DNA of 24,000 nucleotides from Parasediminibacterium paludis (GTDB taxonomy: Bacteria > Bacteroidota > Bacteroidia > Chitinophagales > Chitinophagaceae): the NCBI RefSeq assembly GCF_042651445.1, contig NZ_JBHSDC010000002.1, positions 679,148 through 703,147 of the forward strand, in the 5' to 3' direction. Below are positions 9,672-16,812 of the stretch, in pieces. Within the stretch, counting starts at the first letter, position 1. Each line of letters starts with the position of its first letter. The notes under the pieces were generated by a model that was not told where the DNA came from, did no database searches, and was given only the letters and a program-made list of their open reading frames with translations. A program made the translations under genes and the position numbers.

Positions 9672-10739
9672 ATGGCAATTCAAAAAATAACGATTCAAGC
9701 ATACTTACAAGAACCACATAATTACTTATTGCTAGATGTAAGAAGTCCGGGTGAATATGCACACGCACATATACCCAATGCCATCAGTTTGCCATTATTT
9801 AATAACGAAGAACGAAGTGTTGTGGGTACCGCCTACAAACAAGAAAGCCGTGAAAATGCTATAAAAATTGGTCTGAAATATTTTGGACCAAAAATGGCAG
9901 AAATGGTAGAGGCAGTTGAAAAAATTTTAGCTAAACATAACCGGAAACCGAACAGCCCTAGTGCTACAAGTACAAAAATAGTGGTGCATTGCTGGCGAGG
10001 CGGTATGCGTAGTGCAGGCGTTGCTTGGCTTTTAGATTTATATGGCTTTGATGTATACACCATAATTGGCGGTTATAAATCTTACCGACATTGGGTAATG
10101 CAACAGTTTGATAAAGACTACCACTTTAAAGTCGTTGGAGGCTTTACTGGTAGTGGTAAAACAGAAATATTACAAATATTAAAGCAGGCGAATGAAGTGG
10201 TTATTGATTTGGAAGCATTAGCACAGCACAAAGGCTCCACGTTTGGTAATCTAGAGGCCATTCAGCAACCCTCACAAGAAATGTTTGAGAACATGCTAGC
10301 AATGGCATTGTATGCCGCTAATGACCGCATTATTTGGCTAGAAGATGAAAGTCAACGTATAGGAAATGTGACCTTACCCAACATACTATATCTTAAAAAG
10401 CAATCTTCGATGGTGTATTATATTGATATCCCTTTTGAAGAAAGATTACAGCATTTAGTAGCTAGCTATGGCAGATTCAAAAAAGACCAAATTGTAGCAG
10501 CCATTATGCGTATAAAAAAACGTTTGGGGGGCTTAGAAACGAAAACGGCTATAAATTTTCTTCTAGAAGATGATATACAACATTGCTTTGCAATTTTATT
10601 ACGCTACTACGATAAATACTATTTAAAAGGGTTAGAACAAAATAACCGACAAATTAAAAAAATAACCTGTAATACGGTAAATGCAGTTTGCAATACAAAC
10701 AACCTGCTTGCTATTGTAAAAGAAGAAAAGGCATTATAA
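9672..10739 (+). CDS. selU: tRNA 2-selenouridine synthase
   Basis: 355 aa. N-terminal rhodanese domain with active-site HCWRGGMRS, followed by the P-loop GGFTGSGKT. This is the YbbB/MnmH architecture, and the gene is adjacent to selD. Confidence 0.9.
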   Translation: MAIQKITIQAYLQEPHNYLLLDVRSPGEYAHAHIPNAISLPLFNNEERSVVGTAYKQESRENAIKIGLKYFGPKMAEMVEAVEKILAKHNRKPNSPSATSTKIVVHCWRGGMRSAGVAWLLDLYGFDVYTIIGGYKSYRHWVMQQFDKDYHFKVVGGFTGSGKTEILQILKQANEVVIDLEALAQHKGSTFGNLEAIQQPSQEMFENMLAMALYAANDRIIWLEDESQRIGNVTLPNILYLKKQSSMVYYIDIPFEERLQHLVASYGRFKKDQIVAAIMRIKKRLGGLETKTAINFLLEDDIQHCFAILLRYYDKYYLKGLEQNNRQIKKITCNTVNAVCNTNNLLAIVKEEKAL

Positions 10740-10808
10740 CACCATCTCATTTCTGGTACTTGGTTAACCTCAATTATTTATTTTAGAATTTAAGAAACAC
10801 AACAATCA

Positions 10809-11882
10809 ATGGCAGCAAATTCAAGTATACCCAATCTTAGTGAAATTAAGTTAACACAGTATTCGCATGGTGCTGGTTGTGGCTGTAAAATTTCGCCTAA
10901 GATGCTCGATCAAATATTGGCCACCAATTTAGCCACACCAGATAATGATAAATTGATAGTTGGAAACCATAGTAAAGATGATGCTGCTGTGTATGATATG
11001 GGTAATGGTACGGCGCTAATTGCCACTACTGATTTTTTTATGCCCATCGTTGACGATCCTTATAATTTTGGTAGAATAGCCAGCGCTAATGCCATTAGTG
11101 ATGTTTATGCAATGGGCGGAAAGCCCATATTGGCAATTGCGATATTGGGTTGGCCTATTAATATTTTGCCGCCAGAAGTAGCACAACTAGTAATTGAGGG
11201 CAGCCGTAGTATTTGTAAAGAAGCGGGTATTTCACTGGCTGGCGGTCATAGTATTGATTCCCCAGAACCCATTTTTGGCTTAGCGGTTAATGGCATTGTG
11301 CCTATTGCAAACATTAAGCAAAATAATACAGCACAGCAAGGCGATATACTTTTTCTTACTAAGAAAATAGGGGTTGGTATTTTAACCACTGCAGAAAAAA
11401 ATGGCTTACTAGCAGAAAAGGATACAGCATTGGCCGCTTTACAAATGATGCAATTAAACAAAGTGGGTGAAGCATTAGGTATGATGAAAGAAGTCCATGC
11501 AATGACAGATGTAACTGGTTTTGGTTTACTAGGACACTTGACAGAAATGGCAGAAGGAAGTGATGTAAGCGCAGCCGTGCATTTTGATAAAGTACCATTA
11601 ATAACCCACGATTTGCCAGCCTACATTGATAAAAAATGCGTTCCTGGTGGTACCAATAGAAATTGGGATAGTTATGGCAGCAAAATAGCATTTGCTACTG
11701 GTATCAATCAGGTTTATACAAAAGCCATATTAGCCGATCCGCAAACGAGTGGTGGCTTGCTCATTGCAGTTGCACCAGAAGCCGCTGAACAAGTACAAGC
11801 ATTATTACTATCGCACAATTTATATGCTGAGCCAATAGGTGTGATTACTGAAAAAAATGAATATGTGGTAACTGTGGTGTAG
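10809..11882 (+). CDS. selD: Selenide, water dikinase (selenophosphate synthetase), Cys-type
   Basis: 357 aa, alignable along its whole length to E. coli SelD by eye (LTQYSHGAGCGCKISPK..., TTDFFMPIVDDPYNFGRIA, GGHSIDSPEPIFGLAV, MTDVTGFGLLGH, DPQTSGGLL). The catalytic position is a TGT Cys codon (10878-10880), not TGA. Confidence 0.95.
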   Translation: MAANSSIPNLSEIKLTQYSHGAGCGCKISPKMLDQILATNLATPDNDKLIVGNHSKDDAAVYDMGNGTALIATTDFFMPIVDDPYNFGRIASANAISDVYAMGGKPILAIAILGWPINILPPEVAQLVIEGSRSICKEAGISLAGGHSIDSPEPIFGLAVNGIVPIANIKQNNTAQQGDILFLTKKIGVGILTTAEKNGLLAEKDTALAALQMMQLNKVGEALGMMKEVHAMTDVTGFGLLGHLTEMAEGSDVSAAVHFDKVPLITHDLPAYIDKKCVPGGTNRNWDSYGSKIAFATGINQVYTKAILADPQTSGGLLIAVAPEAAEQVQALLLSHNLYAEPIGVITEKNEYVVTVV

Positions 11883-12030
11883 TGGTAATAGAGGTAGGGA
11901 AGGATTTTTAAAAGATATTTTGCTCATGCAAAAGCCTAAAAGCCAAGAATATTGCGAGTCTGTAAGACTATTTAAATATGACTGCAAAATGGCGTATGAA
12001 ATAAGCTTAATTACTATAAGATATTGTAAG

Positions 12031-12057
12031 AAGCGTACCAGTTTGGTGCGCTTTTTT
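12031..12057 (+). terminator. Rho-independent terminator ~150 nt downstream of selD
   Basis: AAGCGTACC (12031-12039) pairs with GGTGCGCTT (12045-12053) with one G-U pair, across a 5-nt loop. It runs into a TTTTTT tract (12052-12057). Confidence 0.7.
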
Positions 12058-12078
12058 GTTTTTGGGTAAATGGAAGAT

Positions 12079-12310
12079 AAACTAGAGTCACCAAAAAGCA
12101 AGTATGAATTCGCTATAGCGAACTGTAGTCACCAAAAAGCAAACTAGAGTTATAAAAAAGCGAGCATGAGTACACTACAGCGAACTGGAGTCACCAAAAA
12201 GTGAACAGGGGTTACCAAAAACAGAACTCAAGTCACAAAATTTGGAACTCGAGTTCGTTCCAGCGAACTGTAGTCACCAAAAAGCAGATTAGAGTTCTAA
12301 ATATGGAACA
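12079..12310. repeat. Degenerate tandem array of ~11 units of 20-21 bp, approximate consensus AACTNNAGTCACCAAAAAGCG
   Basis: The best-conserved copies contain AGTCACCAAAAAG at 12087-12099, 12127-12139, 12189-12201 and 12272-12284. Diverged copies are GTTATAAAAAAG, GTTACCAAAAAC and GTCACAAAATTT. A ~62-bp higher-order period is visible: 12081-12141 resembles 12142-12203. No ORF is present. Confidence 0.8.
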
Positions 12311-12362
12311 ATAAGAATGAAAATGATACTTGCAAGCGCAAATCTAGTGGATGCAAGAAGCG

Positions 12363-12758
12363 TTAGCTGGTTCCAAGAGCAAAAAAGGTGATTGCATGAG
12401 GTGTTTGGGTGCATACAAAAAGCTTGAGTTGCTTGTAAGAAGGAAAATAGTTGGTAAAAGAAGCTGTAAGTGCTTTTAATATGTATTTTGGTTGATGGAA
12501 GAACTTAAAGTACAAGTTTTCTCTGTAATGTACCACGCCATGTAAAATGGGCTTTTGTATGGCATCTTCATCCACAACAGCAACTTTTAATGTATTGCCT
12601 TGTGCATCAAAAATTCAAGACAAAAGCCATAATTTCCTTTTAAGTCTTTTATTACTTCCACAATTGTAGCTACATCACCTTTAATAAAACCTAACTCAGG
12701 TAGATCTTTTGCTAATTGTATTTCGGTATATATTTCAAAATTATTTACGGTACATCAT
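12363..12758 (-). pseudogene. DUF4926-like small gene, frameshifted
   Basis: Minus-strand reading gives ...NNFEIYTEIQLAKDLPELGFIKGDVATIVEVIKDLKGNYGFCLEF. The frame then breaks at an A5/T5 run (12609-12613) and continues in another frame as DAQGNTLKVAVVDEDAIQKP... (the 12363..12575 track ORF). The ATGATG at 12753-12758 is out of frame with the body. Family assignment is from memory of the DUF4926 pattern (DLPE.GL.KGD.GTIV...EF.D..G.T). Confidence 0.55.
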
Positions 12759-13071
12759 TTATACAGGATATAAATTTCCAAAACGAAAAGTATTATCTGG
12801 CAATTCTTCTAACTAAATTGTAATAACTAATTTGCTTCTCAAAGCATCAACAACAGAAGAATATAAATTATCAAAATCACTTATTCTTGATAAAATAAGA
12901 TCATTTTCTGTCGCTAGTTATTTAATATCAGCTATCAGAATTTCAAAATTTCCTTTGTTATAGCCTAGGCTTTCAAGGAAAATTGATTTGCCATTTTTTA
13001 ATATCCTAACCAAAAAGATAGTCGGTAATTTTTTCTTCTGAAATAGTTATTTGTTCAAGAGATAACCACAT
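12759..13071 (-). pseudogene. DUF6883-like small gene, with one frameshift and two in-frame stops
   Basis: From the ATG (complement of 13069-13071): MWLSLEQITISEEKITDYLFG*, then a frame shift to ...LVRILKNGKSIFLESLGYNKGNFEILIADIK*LATENDLILSRISDFDNLYSSVVDALRSKLVITI*LEELPDNTFRFGNLYPV*. The skeleton (KLTDYLL...GK..F..LGY ... W....P.RF.T.YP) resembles DUF6883 as I recall it. Confidence 0.5.
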
Positions 13072-13105
13072 TAAGTATATTTTGTTGAATAACGATATTG
13101 AATAT

Positions 13106-13134
13106 AAAAAAGCCCCTGCATCTCTGCAAGGGCT
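13106..13134 (-). terminator. Rho-independent terminator of dnaK
   Basis: AGCCCCTGCA (13111-13120) and TGCAAGGGCT (13125-13134) form a 10-bp stem with a 4-nt loop. The single mismatch is a G-U pair only on the minus-strand RNA. The A-run at 13106-13110 gives the U-tail on the minus strand. It lies 39 bp after the dnaK stop. Confidence 0.8.
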
Positions 13135-13172
13135 TCATCATTCGTATCATTTAAATCACTACAATCAGCGGT

Positions 13173-15074
13173 CTATTTTACTTCTTCAAACTGTGCATCT
13201 TCTACTGTATCGCTTGCAGTTTGTGTACTAGCACCTTGGCCAGCAGGCTCTTGTGCAGAAGCACCACCTTGAGCTTGCGCTTTGTAGATGTCTTCGCTTG
13301 CGGCTGTCCATGCAGTGTTCATTTCAGCCATCGCAGTATCAATTGCAGCAATATCTTGATTTTTGTGTGCCTCTTTCAATTTCGTTAATGCCGCTTCAAT
13401 AGGTACTTTTTTATCAGCAGGTATTTTGTCGCCAAACTCTTTAAATTGTTTTTCAGTTTGGAAAATTAGGCTATCAGCTTGGTTGATTTTCTCAACTCTT
13501 TCACGGGCTGCTTTGTCAGCAGCTTCATTCGCTTTTGCTTCCGCTTTCATTTTTTCAACTTCTTCTTTGCTCAAGCCACTACCAGCTTCAATACGTATGT
13601 TTTGCTCTTTACCAGTGCCTTTATCTTTTGCACTTACATGCAACATACCATTCGCATCAATATCAAATGTTACTTCAATTTGCGGTACACCTCTTGGTGC
13701 TGGTGGTATTCCATCTAAGTTAAACATACCAAGGCTCTTGTTTTGGCTAGCCATTGGGCGTTCACCTTGCAATACATGAATTTGTACACCTGGTTGGTTA
13801 TCGCTTGCAGTTGAGTAAACTTCAGTTTTCTTAGTAGGGATGGTTGTATTGCTTGCAATCATCGTAGTCATTACACCGCCCATCGTTTCAATACCAAGAC
13901 TTAAAGGTGTTACGTCTAATAGTAATACATCTTTTACTTCACCAGTTAATACACCACCTTGTATCGCAGCACCTACAGCTACCACTTCGTCAGGGTTTAC
14001 GCCCTTATTTGGTTTTTTGCCAAAGAATTTCTCTACAATTTCTTGTACTTTAGGGATACGTGTACTACCACCTACTAATATTACTTCGTCAATCTGAGAA
14101 ATACTATAACCAGCATCTTTCAACGCAACTTCACATGGTTTTAAGCAACGCGCAAATAAATCATCAGCTAAAGCTTCAAATTTAGCTCTGCTTAATTTTT
14201 TTACTAAGTGTTTAGGTACACCATCAATAGCTGTGATGTATGGTAAGTTAATTTCAGTTTCGTTACCGCTACTTAATTCAACTTTAGCCTTTTCAGCAGC
14301 TTCTTTCAAGCGTTGTAATGCCATAGGATCTTTGCGTAAGTCAATCGCTTCGTCAGCTTTAAACTCATCTGCCAACCAATCCATGATTACTTTATCAAAG
14401 TCATCACCACCTAAGTGTGTATCACCATTGGTGCTTTTTACTTCAAAAACGCCATCACCAAGTTCCAATACAGAAATATCGAATGTACCACCACCAAGGT
14501 CAAACACAGCAATTTTTTGGTCTACGCTCTTCTTATCTAAGCCATAAGCCAAAGCAGCCGCTGTAGGTTCGTTTACAATACGTTTTACATTTAAACCAGC
14601 TATTTCGCCAGCTTCTTTTGTCGCCTGACGTTGTGCATCGTTAAAGTAAGCAGGTACAGTAATTACCGCATCAGTTACTTCAGTACCTAAATAATCTTCA
14701 GCAGTTTTTTTCATTTTTTGCAACACCATCGCAGAAATTTCTTGCGGTGTGTACAATCTGCCATCAATATCTACACGAACGGTATTATTGTCACCTTTTA
14801 CTACTTTATAACCCCAATGGCTTATTTCTTCTGTCACCTCATCAAATCTTCTACCCATGAAACGCTTTACAGACGCAATGGTGTTTTGAGGGTTTGTAAT
14901 AGCTTGACGTTTAGCAGCATCACCCACTTTACGCTCGCCATTTTTCAAAAAGCCAACAATTGAAGGTGTGGTTCTACGTCCTTCCTCATTAGCTATTACA
15001 ACCGGTTCGTTACCTTCCATTACAGAAACGCAACTGTTCGTTGTTCCTAAGTCTATACCAATAATTTTGCCCAT
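13173..15074 (-). CDS. dnaK: Molecular chaperone DnaK (Hsp70)
   Basis: [16 protein letters not shown]..., [22 protein letters not shown] and the full Hsp70 layout. The start is trimmed from the track's 15110 to the ATG at 15074, which restores the canonical [15 protein letters not shown]-terminus. Confidence 0.98.
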   Translation of the reverse strand: MGKIIGIDLGTTNSCVSVMEGNEPVVIANEEGRRTTPSIVGFLKNGERKVGDAAKRQAITNPQNTIASVKRFMGRRFDEVTEEISHWGYKVVKGDNNTVRVDIDGRLYTPQEISAMVLQKMKKTAEDYLGTEVTDAVITVPAYFNDAQRQATKEAGEIAGLNVKRIVNEPTAAALAYGLDKKSVDQKIAVFDLGGGTFDISVLELGDGVFEVKSTNGDTHLGGDDFDKVIMDWLADEFKADEAIDLRKDPMALQRLKEAAEKAKVELSSGNETEINLPYITAIDGVPKHLVKKLSRAKFEALADDLFARCLKPCEVALKDAGYSISQIDEVILVGGSTRIPKVQEIVEKFFGKKPNKGVNPDEVVAVGAAIQGGVLTGEVKDVLLLDVTPLSLGIETMGGVMTTMIASNTTIPTKKTEVYSTASDNQPGVQIHVLQGERPMASQNKSLGMFNLDGIPPAPRGVPQIEVTFDIDANGMLHVSAKDKGTGKEQNIRIEAGSGLSKEEVEKMKAEAKANEAADKAARERVEKINQADSLIFQTEKQFKEFGDKIPADKKVPIEAALTKLKEAHKNQDIAAIDTAMAEMNTAWTAASEDIYKAQAQGGASAQEPAGQGASTQTASDTVEDAQFEEVK

Positions 15075-15363
15075 AATATGTATTTTTACGAAATTCGATA
15101 AGTCAATCATTATGCCACGGCATTTGTAAGTGAAAAATTGGCAGACTGAGCAGGTGATAGTTTTTATGGAACGAACTTTTGTCCTTCAATCGGCAGTAGT
15201 TGCGTCGCACACTGCAACTATTGTCACTTTTTTCAACTTTGTCCAAGGCGAATAGTTGTCTGAACTAGGATTTTGTACGATTTAAAGGATTTTGTGATGA
15301 AAAATTTGCAAAGGCATATAATTTTGTATACTAAACAATAGTAGAAGTTGTATTAAAGTTTCT

Positions 15364-15475
15364 GACTATTGACTATTGACTATTGACTATTGACTATTGA
15401 CTATTGACTATTGACTATTGACTATTGACTATTGACTATTGACTATTGACTATTGACTATTGACTATTGACTATT
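15364..15475. repeat. Perfect heptanucleotide tandem repeat (GACTATT)x16, 112 bp
   Basis: Counted unit by unit: unit starts at 15364, 15371 ... 15469, with no substitutions. The next base (15476) is the A of the hscB ATG. Stops occur in all six frames of the repeat, so it is non-coding. Confidence 0.97.
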
Positions 15476-15985
15476 ATGACCTACTTTGAATTGTTCGATA
15501 TACCAGTAAGCTTGCAAGTAGATGCTGCCGTTGTAAAAGCCAAGTTTTACGAACTCAGCAGAAAATACCACCCTGACTTTTTTTCGCAAGCCACAGAGGC
15601 AGAACAGGAAGAAGCTTTGGAGAAATCATCGCTCTTGAACAAAGCGTTTAAAGTATTTACCAATAAAGACGAAACGCTGAAATATGTGTTGCAGCTAAAA
15701 GGTTTAATAGAAGATGAAGAAAAGTACCAGCTATCCCCCGATTTTTTAATGGAAATGATGGAGCTAAATGAAGCTTTGATGGATGCAAAAATGGAAAGTG
15801 ATGAAGCAGCCATAGCCAATCTCAAATCTCAAATCTCAAATTTGGAAATTCAATTGTATGACAGTATTAGAAGCATTATTGAAAATTATAAAGACGGTGT
15901 TTCTACCCAAGAAGCGCTGTTGCAAGTAAAAGATTATTATTTCAAGAAAAAATATTTATCACGGATTTTGGCAAGTTTGCAATGA
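15476..15985 (+). CDS. hscB: J-domain Fe-S co-chaperone HscB-like protein
   Basis: MTYFELFDIPVSLQVD...KFYELSRKYHPDFF parallels E. coli HscB (MDYFTLFGLPARYQLD...RQYHPDKF), including the HPD motif, followed by a helical C-terminal domain. The start is set to the ATG at 15476; the track's TTG at 15467 lies inside the repeat. Confidence 0.82.
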   Translation: MTYFELFDIPVSLQVDAAVVKAKFYELSRKYHPDFFSQATEAEQEEALEKSSLLNKAFKVFTNKDETLKYVLQLKGLIEDEEKYQLSPDFLMEMMELNEALMDAKMESDEAAIANLKSQISNLEIQLYDSIRSIIENYKDGVSTQEALLQVKDYYFKKKYLSRILASLQ

Positions 15986-16023
15986 TGCCCCTATATTTGC
16001 AGCCCAATTCACAATGAGTAGTT

Positions 16024-16107
16024 GCCCAGATGGCGGAATTGGTAGACGCAGCAGACTCAAAATCTGCCGTTCGCAAGGATGTGCAGGTTCGATTCCTGTT
16101 CTGGGCA
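16024..16107 (+). tRNA. tRNA-Leu (anticodon CAA), class II with a long variable arm; CCA not encoded
   Basis: Acceptor stem GCCCAGA/TCTGGGC, D-arm GCG-GAATTGGTAGA-CGC, anticodon stem GCAGA/TCTGC with loop CTCAAAA, T-arm GCAGG-TTCGATT-CCTGT, discriminator A. Confidence 0.93.
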
Positions 16108-16108
16108 C
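16092..16108 (+). repeat. attL core (17-bp direct repeat, part of the functional tRNA)
   Basis: ATTCCTGTTCTGGGCAC, identical to 22386-22402. Confidence 0.85.
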
Positions 16109-16113
16109 TTTTT

Positions 16114-16156
16114 AAAAACGCTGAAAATCAATGCTACATTGAGTTTCAGCGTTTTT
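16114..16156 (+). terminator. Hairpin terminator following the tRNA, carried by the insert
   Basis: AAAAACGCTGAAA (16114-16126) pairs with TTTCAGCGTTTTT (16144-16156) across a 17-nt loop, followed by a T-run. Confidence 0.65.
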
Positions 16157-16168
16157 TATTTATCCTAC

Positions 16169-16192
16169 ACTTACAGTTTTACTGACAGCTTT
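16169..16192 (+). promoter_or_regulatory. Subterminal 24-bp repeat, left copy (candidate recombinase arm-type or accessory site)
   Basis: ACTTACAGTTTTACTGACAGCTTT matches 22251-22274 (ACTTACAATTTAACTGACAGTTTT) at 21 of 24 positions in the same orientation. Confidence 0.55.
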
Positions 16193-16213
16193 GTAATTTC
16201 TTCTTTTTATAAA

Positions 16214-16249
16214 AAAGCCTACTTGAAATCAGCGTTTCAAGTAGGCTTT
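16214..16249. other. Perfect 15-bp-stem hairpin (bidirectional terminator-like)
   Basis: AAAGCCTACTTGAAA (16214-16228) and TTTCAAGTAGGCTTT (16235-16249) with a 6-nt loop. An A-run lies before it and a T-rich stretch after. Confidence 0.6.
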
Positions 16250-16351
16250 CTAATTTTCGTATTTCTCTCATTAACGATTATAACAGACAATACAAGTCAA
16301 TTCAAGTAAACAAATAAGTAAATTAATTAGTCAATAAACCGTACTATTTAT

Positions 16352-16801
16352 ATGAGTAATAAGCTAAAATGTATCTATTGCGGTACTGAATATCCGTACC
16401 GAAAAAATAAGGTGTATTGTTCTCCAAGCTGTAAAACAATGGCTTATAGAGACAGACAAGCTGGCAAAACTATTTTGGGTGAAATGCCAAGTGAAAACTA
16501 TGATGTTGAGCGCAAAGCCTTTTATATGTCCGATTATGAAGGGTGGCAGTATAAAGATGATTTTTCTTTTCAGATATTTTGTTTCTTAATAAAGGGATTG
16601 CCCGAAAATACAAATGAAACCTTTTTGAGAAATTATGCAGCCACAATAGTAAATGATAATAGATTTTATGAGCAAGTTGAAGAAAGTAACCACCCAATAG
16701 GTAAGGAGTTTAAGAAATTTCAAGAACTATTTTTTCAAAATAAATATCAAATTAAAAACGAAAGGTTGTCTGAAAAAATGCAGCCTATAAATCAAAATTA
16801 A
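16352..16801 (+). CDS. Hypothetical protein with an N-terminal 4-Cys zinc ribbon
   Basis: 149 aa. CIYCG-x12-CSPSC followed by KTMAYRDRQ, a C-x2-C...C-x3-C ribbon of the FCS/TRASH-like kind seen in small mobile-element proteins. The rest is unrecognisable. Confidence 0.65.
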   Translation: MSNKLKCIYCGTEYPYRKNKVYCSPSCKTMAYRDRQAGKTILGEMPSENYDVERKAFYMSDYEGWQYKDDFSFQIFCFLIKGLPENTNETFLRNYAATIVNDNRFYEQVEESNHPIGKEFKKFQELFFQNKYQIKNERLSEKMQPINQN

Positions 16802-16812
16802 AAAAATATACT

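Noticed and set aside
10809-11882. Possible selenocysteine (TGA-recoded) SelD
   Set aside because: The catalytic position is a TGT Cys codon and the ORF is uninterrupted. No recoding is needed.
11820-12101. 93-aa minus-strand ORF
   Set aside because: It overlaps the selD 3' end, the 12031-12057 terminator and the first tandem-repeat unit. It has no motif, so it is a chance ORF in AT-rich spacer.
12079-12310. Possible CRISPR array (also considered for 15364-15475)
   Set aside because: Units are contiguous with no unique spacers. The units are 20-21 bp and 7 bp rather than ~28-37-bp repeats separated by spacers, and no cas genes are present in the window.
13363-14963. Six plus-strand ORFs (62-138 aa) from the track lying inside dnaK
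   Set aside because: All are antisense to an unmistakable Hsp70 coding sequence. They have low-complexity, Ser/Phe/Leu-rich translations typical of shadow ORFs in AT-rich genes.
15467-15475. TTG start for hscB inside the heptamer array (and similar upstream TTG/alternative starts at 4595, 15110, 22251 and 23123)
   Set aside because: In each case a downstream ATG restores the canonical family N-terminus or signal peptide (MTYFELF..., MMYTINI..., [10 protein letters not shown]..., MGVKLNL..., MKILKTF...). The extensions add non-conserved residues.
15817-15844. Short heptamer repeat (C/A)AATCTC x3 inside the hscB coding sequence
   Set aside because: There are only about three copies and they encode a plausible helical segment (NLKSQISNL). 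That is too short to argue for slipped-strand phase variation, so it is likely incidental, although it is notable next to the (GACTATT)16 array.
16079-16309. 76-aa plus-strand ORF starting inside the tRNA
   Set aside because: It begins within tRNA-Leu and reads through two strong hairpin terminators. Its hydrophobic, low-complexity translation and the lack of room for a promoter make it a chance ORF.
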